Shown: positions 27,154 to 37,960, counted from the stretch's first letter. The stretch: DNA of 64,000 nucleotides from Elusimicrobiota bacterium (GCA_043819795.1 JBDREN010000096.1:1-64000); one strand, 5' to 3'. The notes: generated from the letters alone by a model not told the origin. Numbers and translations are program-made.

Positions 27154-28106
27154 TGACCTCGATCCTAGATATCCAACGCGTCCGGGAGGTCCCGGGCATC
27201 GCCACCCTGTACACGGCCTCGCGGGCGACCGACCCCGACCTGTGGTTCGAGTTCCTCGACGCCGTGGACCCGGGAACGCCGCGCGAGCGCAAATGGGTGA
27301 TCATGGTGTCGACGCAGTTCGGATGCGCGGTCGGCTGCCCGATGTGCGACGTGGGGACCATCGGCTACAACGGCAACCTCGCCACCGAGGAGATGCTCAG
27401 CCAGATCCGGTTCGCGCTCTCGGCCCACCCGGAGACCAACCCGGCCGAGGTCCCGAAGCTCAAGGTGCACTTCGCACGCATGGGCGAGCCGAGCCTCAAC
27501 CCGGCGGTGCTCAAGTGCATCGAGCACCTGGGCCGGGCGGCCCGGCTGCCGGGGCTGATGCCGAGCCTCTCCACCGTGGCGCCGCGCTGCGGCGTCGTGC
27601 GGGACTTCTTCTCCGAGCTGAGCGTCCTCAAGGACCGCTATTTCGGCGCCGGGCGCTTCCAGCTGCAGTTCTCGGTGCATTCCACCGACGAGGAGGCCCG
27701 CCGGGCGTTGATCCCCGTGCGCAAGTGGGGCCTGGAGGAGATCGCCGCCTTCGGGGCCCGCTGGTGGCGGCCCGGGGACCGCCGCATCACCCTGAACTTC
27801 GCCCTGGCCGAAGGCATCCCGTGTTCCCCGGACGTCGTCGAGAGGCATTTCTCTCCCGAGCGCTTTCTCCTCAAGTTCACGCCGATCCATCCGACCGAAC
27901 GGGCCGACCGCAACAAGCTGACCCGGGTGTGGTTCGAGACGCCCGAGGGCATCGCGCGCGTGACGGGCGAGCTGGAGCGCCGCGGCTTCAGGACGATCGT
28001 GAATCCCGCCTGGCCGGAAGAGGTCTTCGGGAGCGTCAGCTGCGGACAGCTGGCCGGGAGCGCGCTGCGCGCCGAGCGGGCCAAAGCGAGGGAGGCGGTT
28101 TGCTGA
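27150..28106 (+). CDS. RlmN/Cfr-like radical SAM protein (atypical)
   Basis: VSTQFGCAVGCPMCD, RMGEP, LQFSVH, C-terminal SCGQL. Lacks the N-terminal domain and the resolving Cys of RlmN. Confidence 0.8.
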   Translation: MMTSILDIQRVREVPGIATLYTASRATDPDLWFEFLDAVDPGTPRERKWVIMVSTQFGCAVGCPMCDVGTIGYNGNLATEEMLSQIRFALSAHPETNPAEVPKLKVHFARMGEPSLNPAVLKCIEHLGRAARLPGLMPSLSTVAPRCGVVRDFFSELSVLKDRYFGAGRFQLQFSVHSTDEEARRALIPVRKWGLEEIAAFGARWWRPGDRRITLNFALAEGIPCSPDVVERHFSPERFLLKFTPIHPTERADRNKLTRVWFETPEGIARVTGELERRGFRTIVNPAWPEEVFGSVSCGQLAGSALRAERAKAREAVC

Positions 28107-28756
28107 AGCTTCCCTGCGTGGAGCCCCGGGGCATCCGCGCCGCCTCCCGCGCCTGGGAGCGCGCGGTCCGCCGGTACGCGCGTCCGGGACCGGGGCTGCG
28201 GCGCGAGCGCTCGGCCCTGCTCGTCGTGGACATGCAGAGGTTCTTCCTGGACCCGGGCGGGCCCGCCTATCTTCCGTCCGGGGCCGCCGTGTTGCCGGCG
28301 GTGCGGCGCCTCGTGGACGCCTTCCGCGACGCCGGGCGGCCCGTCGCTTACGGCGTCTACGTCACGGCCCCCGGCGGTCCGATGGCGCGGCGGTGGCGCC
28401 GGCGGTGCCCGCCCCGCAGCCGGTGGGCGGGCCTCGCCGAGGGCCTCGAGGCCGGGCGGGGGGAGAGGCTGTTCGTCAAGTCGGGCTACAGCGCGCTGCG
28501 CGGCACGGGCCTGGGCGCGTGGCTCCGGGTCCGGGGCGTCTCGGACCTCGTCGTCGCCGGCGTCATGACGAATCTCTGCGTGGAGGCGACCGTGCGCGAC
28601 GCCTTCGACGCCGGTCTCAACGTTTTCGTGCCCCTCGACGGCTGCGCCGCCGGGGCGGAGGAGCTGCACGTCGGTTCGCTCCGGACGATGGCCCAGGGCT
28701 TCGCGACTGTCATGCGCAGCGGCGTCATTCTTTCGAAAATAGGGGAACAAACATGA
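28100..28756 (+). CDS. Cysteine hydrolase (isochorismatase/nicotinamidase family)
   Basis: LLVVDMQ, KSGYSA, AGVMTNLCVEATVRDAFD (D-K-C triad). GGAGG RBS before TTG 28100. Confidence 0.88.
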   Translation: MLKLPCVEPRGIRAASRAWERAVRRYARPGPGLRRERSALLVVDMQRFFLDPGGPAYLPSGAAVLPAVRRLVDAFRDAGRPVAYGVYVTAPGGPMARRWRRRCPPRSRWAGLAEGLEAGRGERLFVKSGYSALRGTGLGAWLRVRGVSDLVVAGVMTNLCVEATVRDAFDAGLNVFVPLDGCAAGAEELHVGSLRTMAQGFATVMRSGVILSKIGEQT

Positions 28757-30744
28757 AACGACTGCTTTTGACGTCCGTCTGCCGGCCGCTGGGGCCGGCC
28801 TACGGGGACGGCCAGAGCGTGGGCTACGAGCTTTTGTTCGGCCAGGTGACGCGCGCCCAAGGGCTCTTTAGCCCGCGTGCGAACCACGTGCAGTTCTCGC
28901 TGGAGTACATCGCCCAGAATGTGGACGCGCCGACCACAGTGCTCCAGTATCCATCACGCCGCGAGCTCGTCCGCGAGCTCAAGAAGGGCTACGACTTCAT
29001 CGGGCTTGCCTTCATCCTGGCGACCTTCCACCGCATGAAGGAGGTCGTCGCGCTCGTGCGCAAGCACGCGCCCCGGACCAAGATCATCCTCGGGGGATAC
29101 GGGACGCTCGCGGGCGACGAGGAGCTTAAACCCTACGCCGACCACATCTGCCGCGGCGAGGGGGTCGCCTTCATGAGGGACCTTCTCGGCGAGGCTCCGC
29201 GGCCGATGCCCTACGAGCACCCGATGATCGTCAGCCGGCTCAAGATATTCTCGATACCCGCGGCCAGGACCGGCATGGTGTTCGCGGGGCTGGGCTGCCC
29301 CAACGGCTGCGACTTCTGCGCCACGTCCCATTTCTTCAAGCGCCGGCACATCCGTCTTCTGCCGACGGGGAAGGACATCTACGACGTCCTTTGCCGGTAC
29401 CAGGACACCATGAATGTCGGTTCGTTCACCATCATCGACGAGGATTTCCTGCTCAACAAGAAGCGCGCCATGGAGCTCCGGCGGTCCGTGCTCGAGGGGG
29501 GCAGGACGTTCTCCATCTTCGCGTTCGCGAGCGTGCGGGCCGTCAGCCAGTATACGCCGGAGGAGCTCCTGGAGATGGGTGTCGACGGGCTCTGGATCGG
29601 CTACGAAGGGACCCGCTCGGGCTACGACAAGCAGAAGGGCGTCCGGCCCTCGGACCTCTTCCCGGAGCTGACCCGCAACGGGATCCTGGTGCTGGCTTCG
29701 ATGATCGTCGGGTTCGACTATCAGGACCCCGATGTGATCGCCGACGAGCTGCGCGGGCTGATGCGCCTGAGGCCCGCGTTGTCCCAGTTCCTCATCTACG
29801 GGCCCCCGCTGGGGACGCCGCTCTACGCCCGCATGAAGAAGGAGCGCCGGCTCCGCCCGGATATCTTCGGTGATCGCGAGAAATTTTTCCGGAACTGCAC
29901 CGGATTCACGTCGGCGATAACCCATTCCAAGATGACGTACGCCGAGATCGAGCGGCTCCAGCGGTGGTGCTTCGAGCAGGATACCCGGCGCCTGGGCCCG
30001 TCCATCTACCGAGCCTCGCGCGTGTGGCTCAACGGCTGCGCGCACCTGAGGCGTTCCCCGCGCGCCGCGCTGCGCCGCAAGTCCCTCGCCATGGGCCGCG
30101 AGGTCCGCAGGATCTATCCTTTGTTCCTGGCAGGGCGCCTGCTCGGTCCCAACCGCAGGATCCGGCGGTGGACGGCGGCCTTCGAGCGCCGCGCCCATCG
30201 CGAGCTGGGCGCGCCGGGCCTGCTGGACCGCGCGCTTTCGGTCTTGGCGCTGGGGGCGGCGCTGTGGACGCGGCTGACGCTCTCACTCAACTGGTTCCAG
30301 CACCCCCATATACGGCCCAGCCGCTACCGGTGGGAGCAGCTGCCCGGGACCCTCATGCGGCTTTGGGGGGATATCCGCGAGAGCGGCACGGCCTCGGAGC
30401 TTCGGGTGCTGCTGGACCGGCGCGCGGCGGACGGGCTCTCCTGGATCCTCCTCGAAGGAGCGCTCGACGGCAAGAGCGCGGCGGAGCTCGGTCGCCGCGT
30501 GCGGGAGGCCTTGGAACGCGGGAAGGAGCGTTTTGTGATCAGCCTGGAGAAGCTCCAGTCGATCGACCGGGAGGGGCTGGCCGAGTTCTACCGCGCCTTC
30601 CGGAAATACCGCGATTCGGTCTGCGTGATCCCTCCGGTCTCCCTTCCTTCCGGCGCCCCCGACCTGCGGGGCCTGGCCGAATACTTCGTCTCCGCCGCCC
30701 AGTGGCGTCTGTCGCGGCCGAGGCGCGCGCCGGCCCATGGCTGA
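28753..30744 (+). CDS. Cobalamin-dependent (class B-type) radical SAM protein with C-terminal STAS-like domain
   Basis: B12-binding-like N-terminus (KIILGGYG, GEG), GCPNGCDFC, IIDEDF, IGYE, IVGFD, GTPLY. C-terminal LEGALD....EL...ISLEKLQSIDREG. Confidence 0.85.
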   Translation: MKRLLLTSVCRPLGPAYGDGQSVGYELLFGQVTRAQGLFSPRANHVQFSLEYIAQNVDAPTTVLQYPSRRELVRELKKGYDFIGLAFILATFHRMKEVVALVRKHAPRTKIILGGYGTLAGDEELKPYADHICRGEGVAFMRDLLGEAPRPMPYEHPMIVSRLKIFSIPAARTGMVFAGLGCPNGCDFCATSHFFKRRHIRLLPTGKDIYDVLCRYQDTMNVGSFTIIDEDFLLNKKRAMELRRSVLEGGRTFSIFAFASVRAVSQYTPEELLEMGVDGLWIGYEGTRSGYDKQKGVRPSDLFPELTRNGILVLASMIVGFDYQDPDVIADELRGLMRLRPALSQFLIYGPPLGTPLYARMKKERRLRPDIFGDREKFFRNCTGFTSAITHSKMTYAEIERLQRWCFEQDTRRLGPSIYRASRVWLNGCAHLRRSPRAALRRKSLAMGREVRRIYPLFLAGRLLGPNRRIRRWTAAFERRAHRELGAPGLLDRALSVLALGAALWTRLTLSLNWFQHPHIRPSRYRWEQLPGTLMRLWGDIRESGTASELRVLLDRRAADGLSWILLEGALDGKSAAELGRRVREALERGKERFVISLEKLQSIDREGLAEFYRAFRKYRDSVCVIPPVSLPSGAPDLRGLAEYFVSAAQWRLSRPRRAPAHG

Positions 30745-30779
30745 GCGGGCGCGACGCGCCGGGGCCTGAGGCGGCGGCC

Positions 30780-31655
30780 GTGACGGTCTCCGCCCGCCGG
30801 AAGCGGGTCCTCGTCCTGCAGTCCATGCTGCTGGCCGCCTTCCTGACCGCGCTCAAGCTCTTCGCGGGCTTGGGTTGCCGGTCGCTCGGGGTGCTGGCCA
30901 GCGCCCTGGACTCGGCCATGGACCTATTCTCCTCGGGGGTCAACTACTTCTCGTTGCGGGTCTCCGAGCAGCCGCCGGACAAGGAGCATCCCTACGGCCA
31001 CGGGAAGATGGAGTCGATCGCCGGGGCCGTGCAGGGGGTGGCGATCTCGGCGAGCGGGCTGGCGCTGCTGGTGGAGGCGATCCGCCGGGCGGTCTCGGGG
31101 AGCCACTTGAGCGTCGGCGCCATGAGCCTCGGGGTGATGCTGGTGGCGACGGTCCTGAGCGCCGTGCACGGCCTTCGCCTCAGCCGGGCCGCCGCGAGCG
31201 CGGAGTCGCGGATACTGCGCGCCGAGGGGCTTCATTTCACCATGGACGTCCTGGCCAACCTGGGCGTGCTGGGCGCGTTGATCCTCGTCAAGCTGGGCGC
31301 TACGTCCGCCTGGGACGTGGCGATCTCTCTCGTCGTGGGCGGCTACGTCGTCCGGGAGGCGATTTCCTTGGTAGGACAGTCCGTCCAGGACCTCATGGAC
31401 CGGGGGCTTTCAAAGAAGATGACCGCCGAGATCGAGTCCATCATCCGCGGCCACCACCCCAGCGTGGTCAGCTTCCATGATCTCCGGAGCCGGCGCTCGG
31501 GCGGGCGGTGCTTCATCGACTTCCATGTCGAGATCGCCGGCGTGAAGAGCTTCCAGCAGGCCCACGAGATCACCGAGTCCCTCATCGAGCGCATACAGGC
31601 CAAGGTCCCCAACGCCGACGTCACGGTCCACCCCGACCCCAAGGGCGAGCGCTAA
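30780..31655 (+). CDS. Cation diffusion facilitator (FieF-like) metal exporter
   Basis: SLGVLASALDS..D, PPDKEHPYGHGKME, H..MD, HDLRSRRSG, AH, VTVHPDP. Confidence 0.92.
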   Translation: MTVSARRKRVLVLQSMLLAAFLTALKLFAGLGCRSLGVLASALDSAMDLFSSGVNYFSLRVSEQPPDKEHPYGHGKMESIAGAVQGVAISASGLALLVEAIRRAVSGSHLSVGAMSLGVMLVATVLSAVHGLRLSRAAASAESRILRAEGLHFTMDVLANLGVLGALILVKLGATSAWDVAISLVVGGYVVREAISLVGQSVQDLMDRGLSKKMTAEIESIIRGHHPSVVSFHDLRSRRSGGRCFIDFHVEIAGVKSFQQAHEITESLIERIQAKVPNADVTVHPDPKGER

Positions 31656-31683
31656 AAGAATGGGCGGCGGTTATGAATGATTT

Positions 31684-31737
31684 CCCGTCCCGGGACGGGT
31701 TACTCAATAAGGTGCCAGGCACCGTTCTTTGAGTAAC
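31684..31737. repeat. Intergenic palindromes between convergent genes (REP-like or bidirectional terminator)
   Basis: CCCGTCCCGGGACGGG followed by GTTACTCAA-TAA-GGTGCC-A-GGCACC-GTTCT-TTGAGTAAC. Confidence 0.5.
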
Positions 31738-31784
31738 TTCTCAGCCTGGGGTGGGTTACTCCAGAAAGCGTCGGACGTCGCGAC

Positions 31785-34112
31785 TCAATATCGGGCGTTT
31801 TCCTGCTTCTTGGCCTTGGCGGGTGGGGTGCCGGGGGATTCTCCCCTGCGCTCCGCGCGGCTGAAGAGGAGCCACGGAGAGGCCAGCCTGAGCAGGCCCA
31901 GGACGGTCGTGGCGACGGCGGCGATCAGCAGGCTCGTGGCGATCGGTATGCCGGCCAGCACGGAGCCATAGAGGTAGGTGGCCAGGATCGCGGCGAGGAT
32001 GGTCACCAGCGAGTTGGCCGCGAGGACCTGGTTCATCTGCTTCGAGGTGTAGCGGCTGAGGGTCTTCTGGTGGATGCCGGCCATGACCGTGCCGGAGAAG
32101 GCGACGACGAGGTTCTGCAAGCCCCACAAGAGGAGTATGGCCGGGGGCGACGAGATCATGGTCATGGCCCAGAACGCCGGCACCTGCAGGAAGGCCATGA
32201 TGTAGAACGGGATGGTCAGCGATTCCTCGGTCTTGAACCCGAGCTTCTTGTAGAGCGAGCGCAGGGGGTTCAGGAGCAGCGCCGCTATCGCGCAGCCGAG
32301 GCTCGAGAAGGTCACCAGCATGGCGAAGAAGCCCATCGGGGTGGTGACCAGGCGGCTCATGAGCCAGCCCAGCACCGGAACTCGGAGCAACCCCTCCACG
32401 GCGGCCGGGTTGGCGGCGAGCGTGGTCTCGACGAACTCGGGGAGCACGTTGAAGATGAGGGGGTCGGCGAACAGCGAGGTGATGATGCTTATGGCTAAGA
32501 GCGTCCGGAGGAACCGGTTATTGAAGATCAGCTTGACGCCTTCCACCATCGAGGTCCACAGGCTCTTGAGCGCGCCCCCGATCCCGCGGACTTTGGGCCC
32601 GGCGGCCTCGGCGCGCAGGGCCTCGGCCGACGCGTCGTTGGGCTGGCCGAGCATGCGGATCGTGGCGAAGACGAGGCCCGCCAGCCCCACCGACGCCGCG
32701 TAGATGCCGTAGATGACGGCGCTGCCCGAGCCCATCTTCCCGAAGAGGTCCTTGATGCCGGCGATGCTGCCGGCGATGGCCGGGGCGATGAGGGCGACGA
32801 TGGCGGCGGCGAACGAGCGGATCGAGTTGGCGCGGATGCGCTCGGCCGGGTCCACGCTCTTGTCGCCCATGATCCGGGCGGTCGATCCGGCCATCATGGT
32901 GACGTAGAGGCCCTGGAAAAAGGACTGCGCGGCGATGAGCCCCATCAAAACGAGCAGGGCGGTCTGCGCCGTGAAGAGGCCGGAGGCGAAGAATATGGCC
33001 GGGATCCCGGCGATCACCGCCGCCCGGATCAGCGCCGCCCGGACGAGCCACTTCCTCGGCCCGGCCTTCCCATCCTTAGTGAAGAGCGGTATCGCGGCGT
33101 AGCTGACGGCCTGCGCCACCCAGTGGCTGATGCGGGCCAGGCTGCGGTTGCGGCGGACCAGGGCGTTGAGGGCCTCGGCCGTGGTGTCGCGCAGGCGCCC
33201 GTCCTCGGCGAGATTGTTCTGGGTGAAGGCCTTCATCATGTACGGGAGCGCGACGACGTACATCTGGAAACCGATCATGTACAGCTGCTCGCCCAGGAAG
33301 AGCCGCCAGAATGCCTTGTTCCTCTGCGGGTCCTTGAATATCCGGAGCTTGCCCGCGATCGCGTCCTTGATCCGCCGGATCAGGCCTTTCTTGCCGGGCT
33401 TGGGCGAAGCCTTGCGCGCCTTCCGCTCGGCCTTGGCGGATTTTCCGGGAGGGCCGCGCTCGCTCTGGGGCAGGAGAGCGGGACTCTGGGCCGGATTGAG
33501 CGAAGGAAGAGGGTTGACCGCCGTCGGTTCGACGGGCGCCCCGACGCCCGGCTGGTGGGCGGCCACCGGAAGGGCCCGGGTCTTTTCGCCGGTCAGCCGG
33601 CCGATCTGGGCGTTGGCCGCGGCGCTGGCGCCTTCGGCCGGCAGCTCTCTAAGCGTGGCGCGCTCGGCGGAGACGGCATTGAAGAGGGACTTGAGGCGGC
33701 GTCCGAGCTTCGCCCGGGGCGACTTCTTCTCGCCGGCGGCCGGGGCCTGCCGGGCGCGGGACAGGGCCTCATCGGCGGAGGCGGCGTCGCGGGCGGCCGG
33801 CTGAGAGGAGTCCGGGCGATCGGTCCGTGCCCGGACGGGCGCGGCGGCGGCGGATCGGGTCGGGCTCGCGGCCATCGGAGCGGGCAGAGAAAGATCCGGC
33901 GTCGCCAGGCTCGGGAGACCGGACGAAAGAGGGGTCTTCGGCAAAGACAGCCTCAGGGTGGCGGGAGCGAGCGCGTTCGCGACCGCTCCGGCGGCGACGG
34001 CCGGTGTCGCGGACGTGCGTACGGAGGCGGCCGTGACGGCCGTGCCGGCACGGACGAGCGTGGGCTGGATCGCGAGGCTGAGAGCCAGCAGAGCGGCGAT
34101 GGATTTCGTCAT
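31785..34112 (-). CDS. MFS-like transporter with signal peptide and long low-complexity N-terminal leader
   Basis: ~12 hydrophobic helices in the C-terminal ~500 aa (FWRLFLG..., ERIRANS, EGVKLIFNNRFLRTLL). N-terminal signal peptide and Ala/Pro/Ser-rich region. Confidence 0.75.
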   Translation of the reverse strand: MTKSIAALLALSLAIQPTLVRAGTAVTAASVRTSATPAVAAGAVANALAPATLRLSLPKTPLSSGLPSLATPDLSLPAPMAASPTRSAAAAPVRARTDRPDSSQPAARDAASADEALSRARQAPAAGEKKSPRAKLGRRLKSLFNAVSAERATLRELPAEGASAAANAQIGRLTGEKTRALPVAAHQPGVGAPVEPTAVNPLPSLNPAQSPALLPQSERGPPGKSAKAERKARKASPKPGKKGLIRRIKDAIAGKLRIFKDPQRNKAFWRLFLGEQLYMIGFQMYVVALPYMMKAFTQNNLAEDGRLRDTTAEALNALVRRNRSLARISHWVAQAVSYAAIPLFTKDGKAGPRKWLVRAALIRAAVIAGIPAIFFASGLFTAQTALLVLMGLIAAQSFFQGLYVTMMAGSTARIMGDKSVDPAERIRANSIRSFAAAIVALIAPAIAGSIAGIKDLFGKMGSGSAVIYGIYAASVGLAGLVFATIRMLGQPNDASAEALRAEAAGPKVRGIGGALKSLWTSMVEGVKLIFNNRFLRTLLAISIITSLFADPLIFNVLPEFVETTLAANPAAVEGLLRVPVLGWLMSRLVTTPMGFFAMLVTFSSLGCAIAALLLNPLRSLYKKLGFKTEESLTIPFYIMAFLQVPAFWAMTMISSPPAILLLWGLQNLVVAFSGTVMAGIHQKTLSRYTSKQMNQVLAANSLVTILAAILATYLYGSVLAGIPIATSLLIAAVATTVLGLLRLASPWLLFSRAERRGESPGTPPAKAKKQENARY

Positions 34113-34267
34113 CCAGCGGACCATACTAATGTATACCACGCGAAGCCCGGCCGCGCGACCGCCTTTAGGCCCCGATTTTGAGACTAATAGGCCCAGGGAA
34201 TCCTGGGCCCTCGGTCAGGATACGGCATCCTTCCATGTTCTGTATAATGTTCCGACCGAATTCGCCT

Positions 34268-36001
<1,734 letters not shown>

Positions 36002-36008
36002 CCAAGCC

Positions 36009-36944
36009 ATGCCTTCCGGACTCCCGCGTTCCGAGCGAAGCATCACGGCGCTGGTCGGCGCGGCCGTCTTCGTCCTCGCCGCGGCCGCGTGGTCCGCGCC
36101 GTCCGGGACGGTCCCCAACATCAAGCCGCTGATCTGGGACGATTGCCCCGAATATACCCGCTTCGAGGAGGACCTCGGCGGCAAGCCCGTGCGGGTGCCC
36201 TTGATCTCCCCGCACAAGCTCAAGAAGATGATGAGGGAGGGGGAGCCCGTGTACCTCCTCGACGTGCGCTCGCCGCACGACTTCTCCTACGACCACTTGG
36301 CCGGCGCCCGCAGCGTGCCCGTCGAGGAGATCCTGGCCGTCGAGCTGCCCAAGGACCACTTGCTCGTGCTTTATTGCTCCGTATGCTGCTGCCCCGAGGT
36401 CCCCGTCGCGGCCCGCGTGCTGCTGGAGCGCGGCCACAATAAGCTGGCCGTGCTGAGGGCCGGGCTGGAGGAGACGGGCGAGCTCGTGGTCTGGAAGGCG
36501 GGCAACTCCGCGCTCCAGAAGCCCGACAACTTCATCCAGCTCGGCTGCGGGAAGGCCCGCAACGAGGTCAAGTCCTTGAAGCGCAGGATGGAGCTCAAGG
36601 AGATCCCGGCCATCGAGTTCGAGCTGGGCAGAGCCGTCCTGCGCGAGTACTCCAAGGACACCCTCGACGAGATAGCCGGTATCATGTCGCGGCACGCGAG
36701 CCTGAATATCGAGGTCCACGGGCACACCTGCGACCTGGGCGGGGAAGCGTTCAACCTGGGGCTTTCGCGCAGCAGGGCCCGGTCGGTGAAGACCTATCTC
36801 ATCGAGTCGGGAGTGAAGTCCTCCCGCGTCATCTCCAAGGGGTTCGGCGAGACCCGGCCCATCACGCCCAACGAGACGGAGGAGGACCGCCGGATGAACC
36901 GCAGAGTGGAGTTCTACTGGCTCGAGTCGGAAGAGGGCTTCTGA
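36009..36944 (+). CDS. Secreted rhodanese-domain / OmpA-like peptidoglycan-binding fusion
   Basis: Signal peptide; LLDVRS...F..DHLAGA and VLYC (rhodanese); HGHTC...FNLGLS.SRA.SV..YL, GFGETRP, NRRVEF (OmpA C-terminal domain). Confidence 0.85.
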   Translation: MPSGLPRSERSITALVGAAVFVLAAAAWSAPSGTVPNIKPLIWDDCPEYTRFEEDLGGKPVRVPLISPHKLKKMMREGEPVYLLDVRSPHDFSYDHLAGARSVPVEEILAVELPKDHLLVLYCSVCCCPEVPVAARVLLERGHNKLAVLRAGLEETGELVVWKAGNSALQKPDNFIQLGCGKARNEVKSLKRRMELKEIPAIEFELGRAVLREYSKDTLDEIAGIMSRHASLNIEVHGHTCDLGGEAFNLGLSRSRARSVKTYLIESGVKSSRVISKGFGETRPITPNETEEDRRMNRRVEFYWLESEEGF

Positions 36945-36997
36945 GCAGTACGGGCCCGCCGAGGCCCCCCCGCACCCATCTCTCTAAGAGGCGTTAG

Positions 36998-37960
36998 GGC
37001 GTCAGGCTGCAACTTATGAAACTTATGGTCCGGCGGCGGACGCGGCGAAAGACCCGTCGAGGGGCATCCGCTCGGCTTTTAGGATGGCCGTATGAGATCT
37101 GTTGAGGAACCGCGCGATATCGCTGGGCCGGCAGCCATACCCAAGCGCGTGACTGATGAAGGCGCGGCGAGCCGCGGACACCGCGCGCCGCCGGCTGGGG
37201 CCGCGAAGAGCCGCCACGCCGACCCGCTTGTCCCGGCAGTACCGCTCAGCGAGAGAAAGCAGGGGCGTTTGTCTGAAGGCGGCGCGCCTAAGGAGTCGAT
37301 TATCCGGCGGAGGGGCCGGTGGGGGCGTGGGCTCCTTGGGGGCCGCAACCTGCGCGAGGCCTTCCAGGACGAATCGCCGGTAGCATTCCTGCGCCGCCGC
37401 CGTCTCCGGCGCGAAGATGCCGAGAGGAAGCCCCCAGTCGATCAAGCCGCGCGGGTCCTCGCCGAGATACTCCCGGTGCCCCGACCAGGGCCAATCCGCC
37501 GGGTCTTGGACCATCCCCGCCCGCACGGGATTGAGATGGATGTAGCGCAACAGTTCCAGCAGCCGGGAGTCCCGGGAGCAGGCGACGGATTTGAACCGGC
37601 CTTGAAAGAGATGGCCGATGCGCTTATGCCGGACATTGAACGCATGCACGTAGCTCGTGAGCACGCGCTGCATGGTGTAGGAAAGGGGAGCCGCGCCGAC
37701 CTCCATCAAGAGGTGGATGTGGTTGGACATCAGGTAGTACGCATAGAGCCTGAAGGGGAAGCGCCCTTTGACCGCGGCGATGGTCTCGAGGAGCGATCTC
37801 CGGTCAGCGGCGTCGCGGAAGATCCGCTGCCCGTCGTTTCCGCGGGCCATGACGTGGTGACAGGTGCCGGGGACATCCAGGCGGGGTCGTCTCGCCATAC
37901 CACCAGTACGACCCACCCCGCCCCCAGTTCGACAAGTTTCATAAGTTTCAGCCTGACGCC
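36998..37960. mobile_element. RAYT element bounded by 27-bp inverted repeats
   Basis: GGCGTCAGGCTGCAACTTATGAAACTT (36998-37024) versus AAGTTTCATAAGTTTCAGCCTGACGCC (37934-37960), 26/27 complementary. Confidence 0.8.
37023..37898 (-). CDS. REP-associated tyrosine transposase (Y1 HUH) with C-terminal DnaA-like HTH
   Basis: HHVMARGN, LMSNHIHLL (HUH), GHLFQGRF, YIHLNPVRAG, WPWS; C-terminal R...VS.AR...SDIARFLNRSHT. Confidence 0.92.
   Translation of the reverse strand: MARRPRLDVPGTCHHVMARGNDGQRIFRDAADRRSLLETIAAVKGRFPFRLYAYYLMSNHIHLLMEVGAAPLSYTMQRVLTSYVHAFNVRHKRIGHLFQGRFKSVACSRDSRLLELLRYIHLNPVRAGMVQDPADWPWSGHREYLGEDPRGLIDWGLPLGIFAPETAAAQECYRRFVLEGLAQVAAPKEPTPPPAPPPDNRLLRRAAFRQTPLLSLAERYCRDKRVGVAALRGPSRRRAVSAARRAFISHALGYGCRPSDIARFLNRSHTAILKAERMPLDGSFAASAAGP

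Noticed and set aside
27150..28106. Assigning rlmN or cfr
   Set aside because: The N-terminal domain and resolving Cys are missing; only family-level similarity is supported.
25447..30779. Long N-terminal extensions in the ORF track (25447, 27242, 28393, 29964; also 11474, 13996, 47659)
   Set aside because: The extensions overlap upstream genes in other frames. RBS and stop-start coupling support the shorter starts used here.
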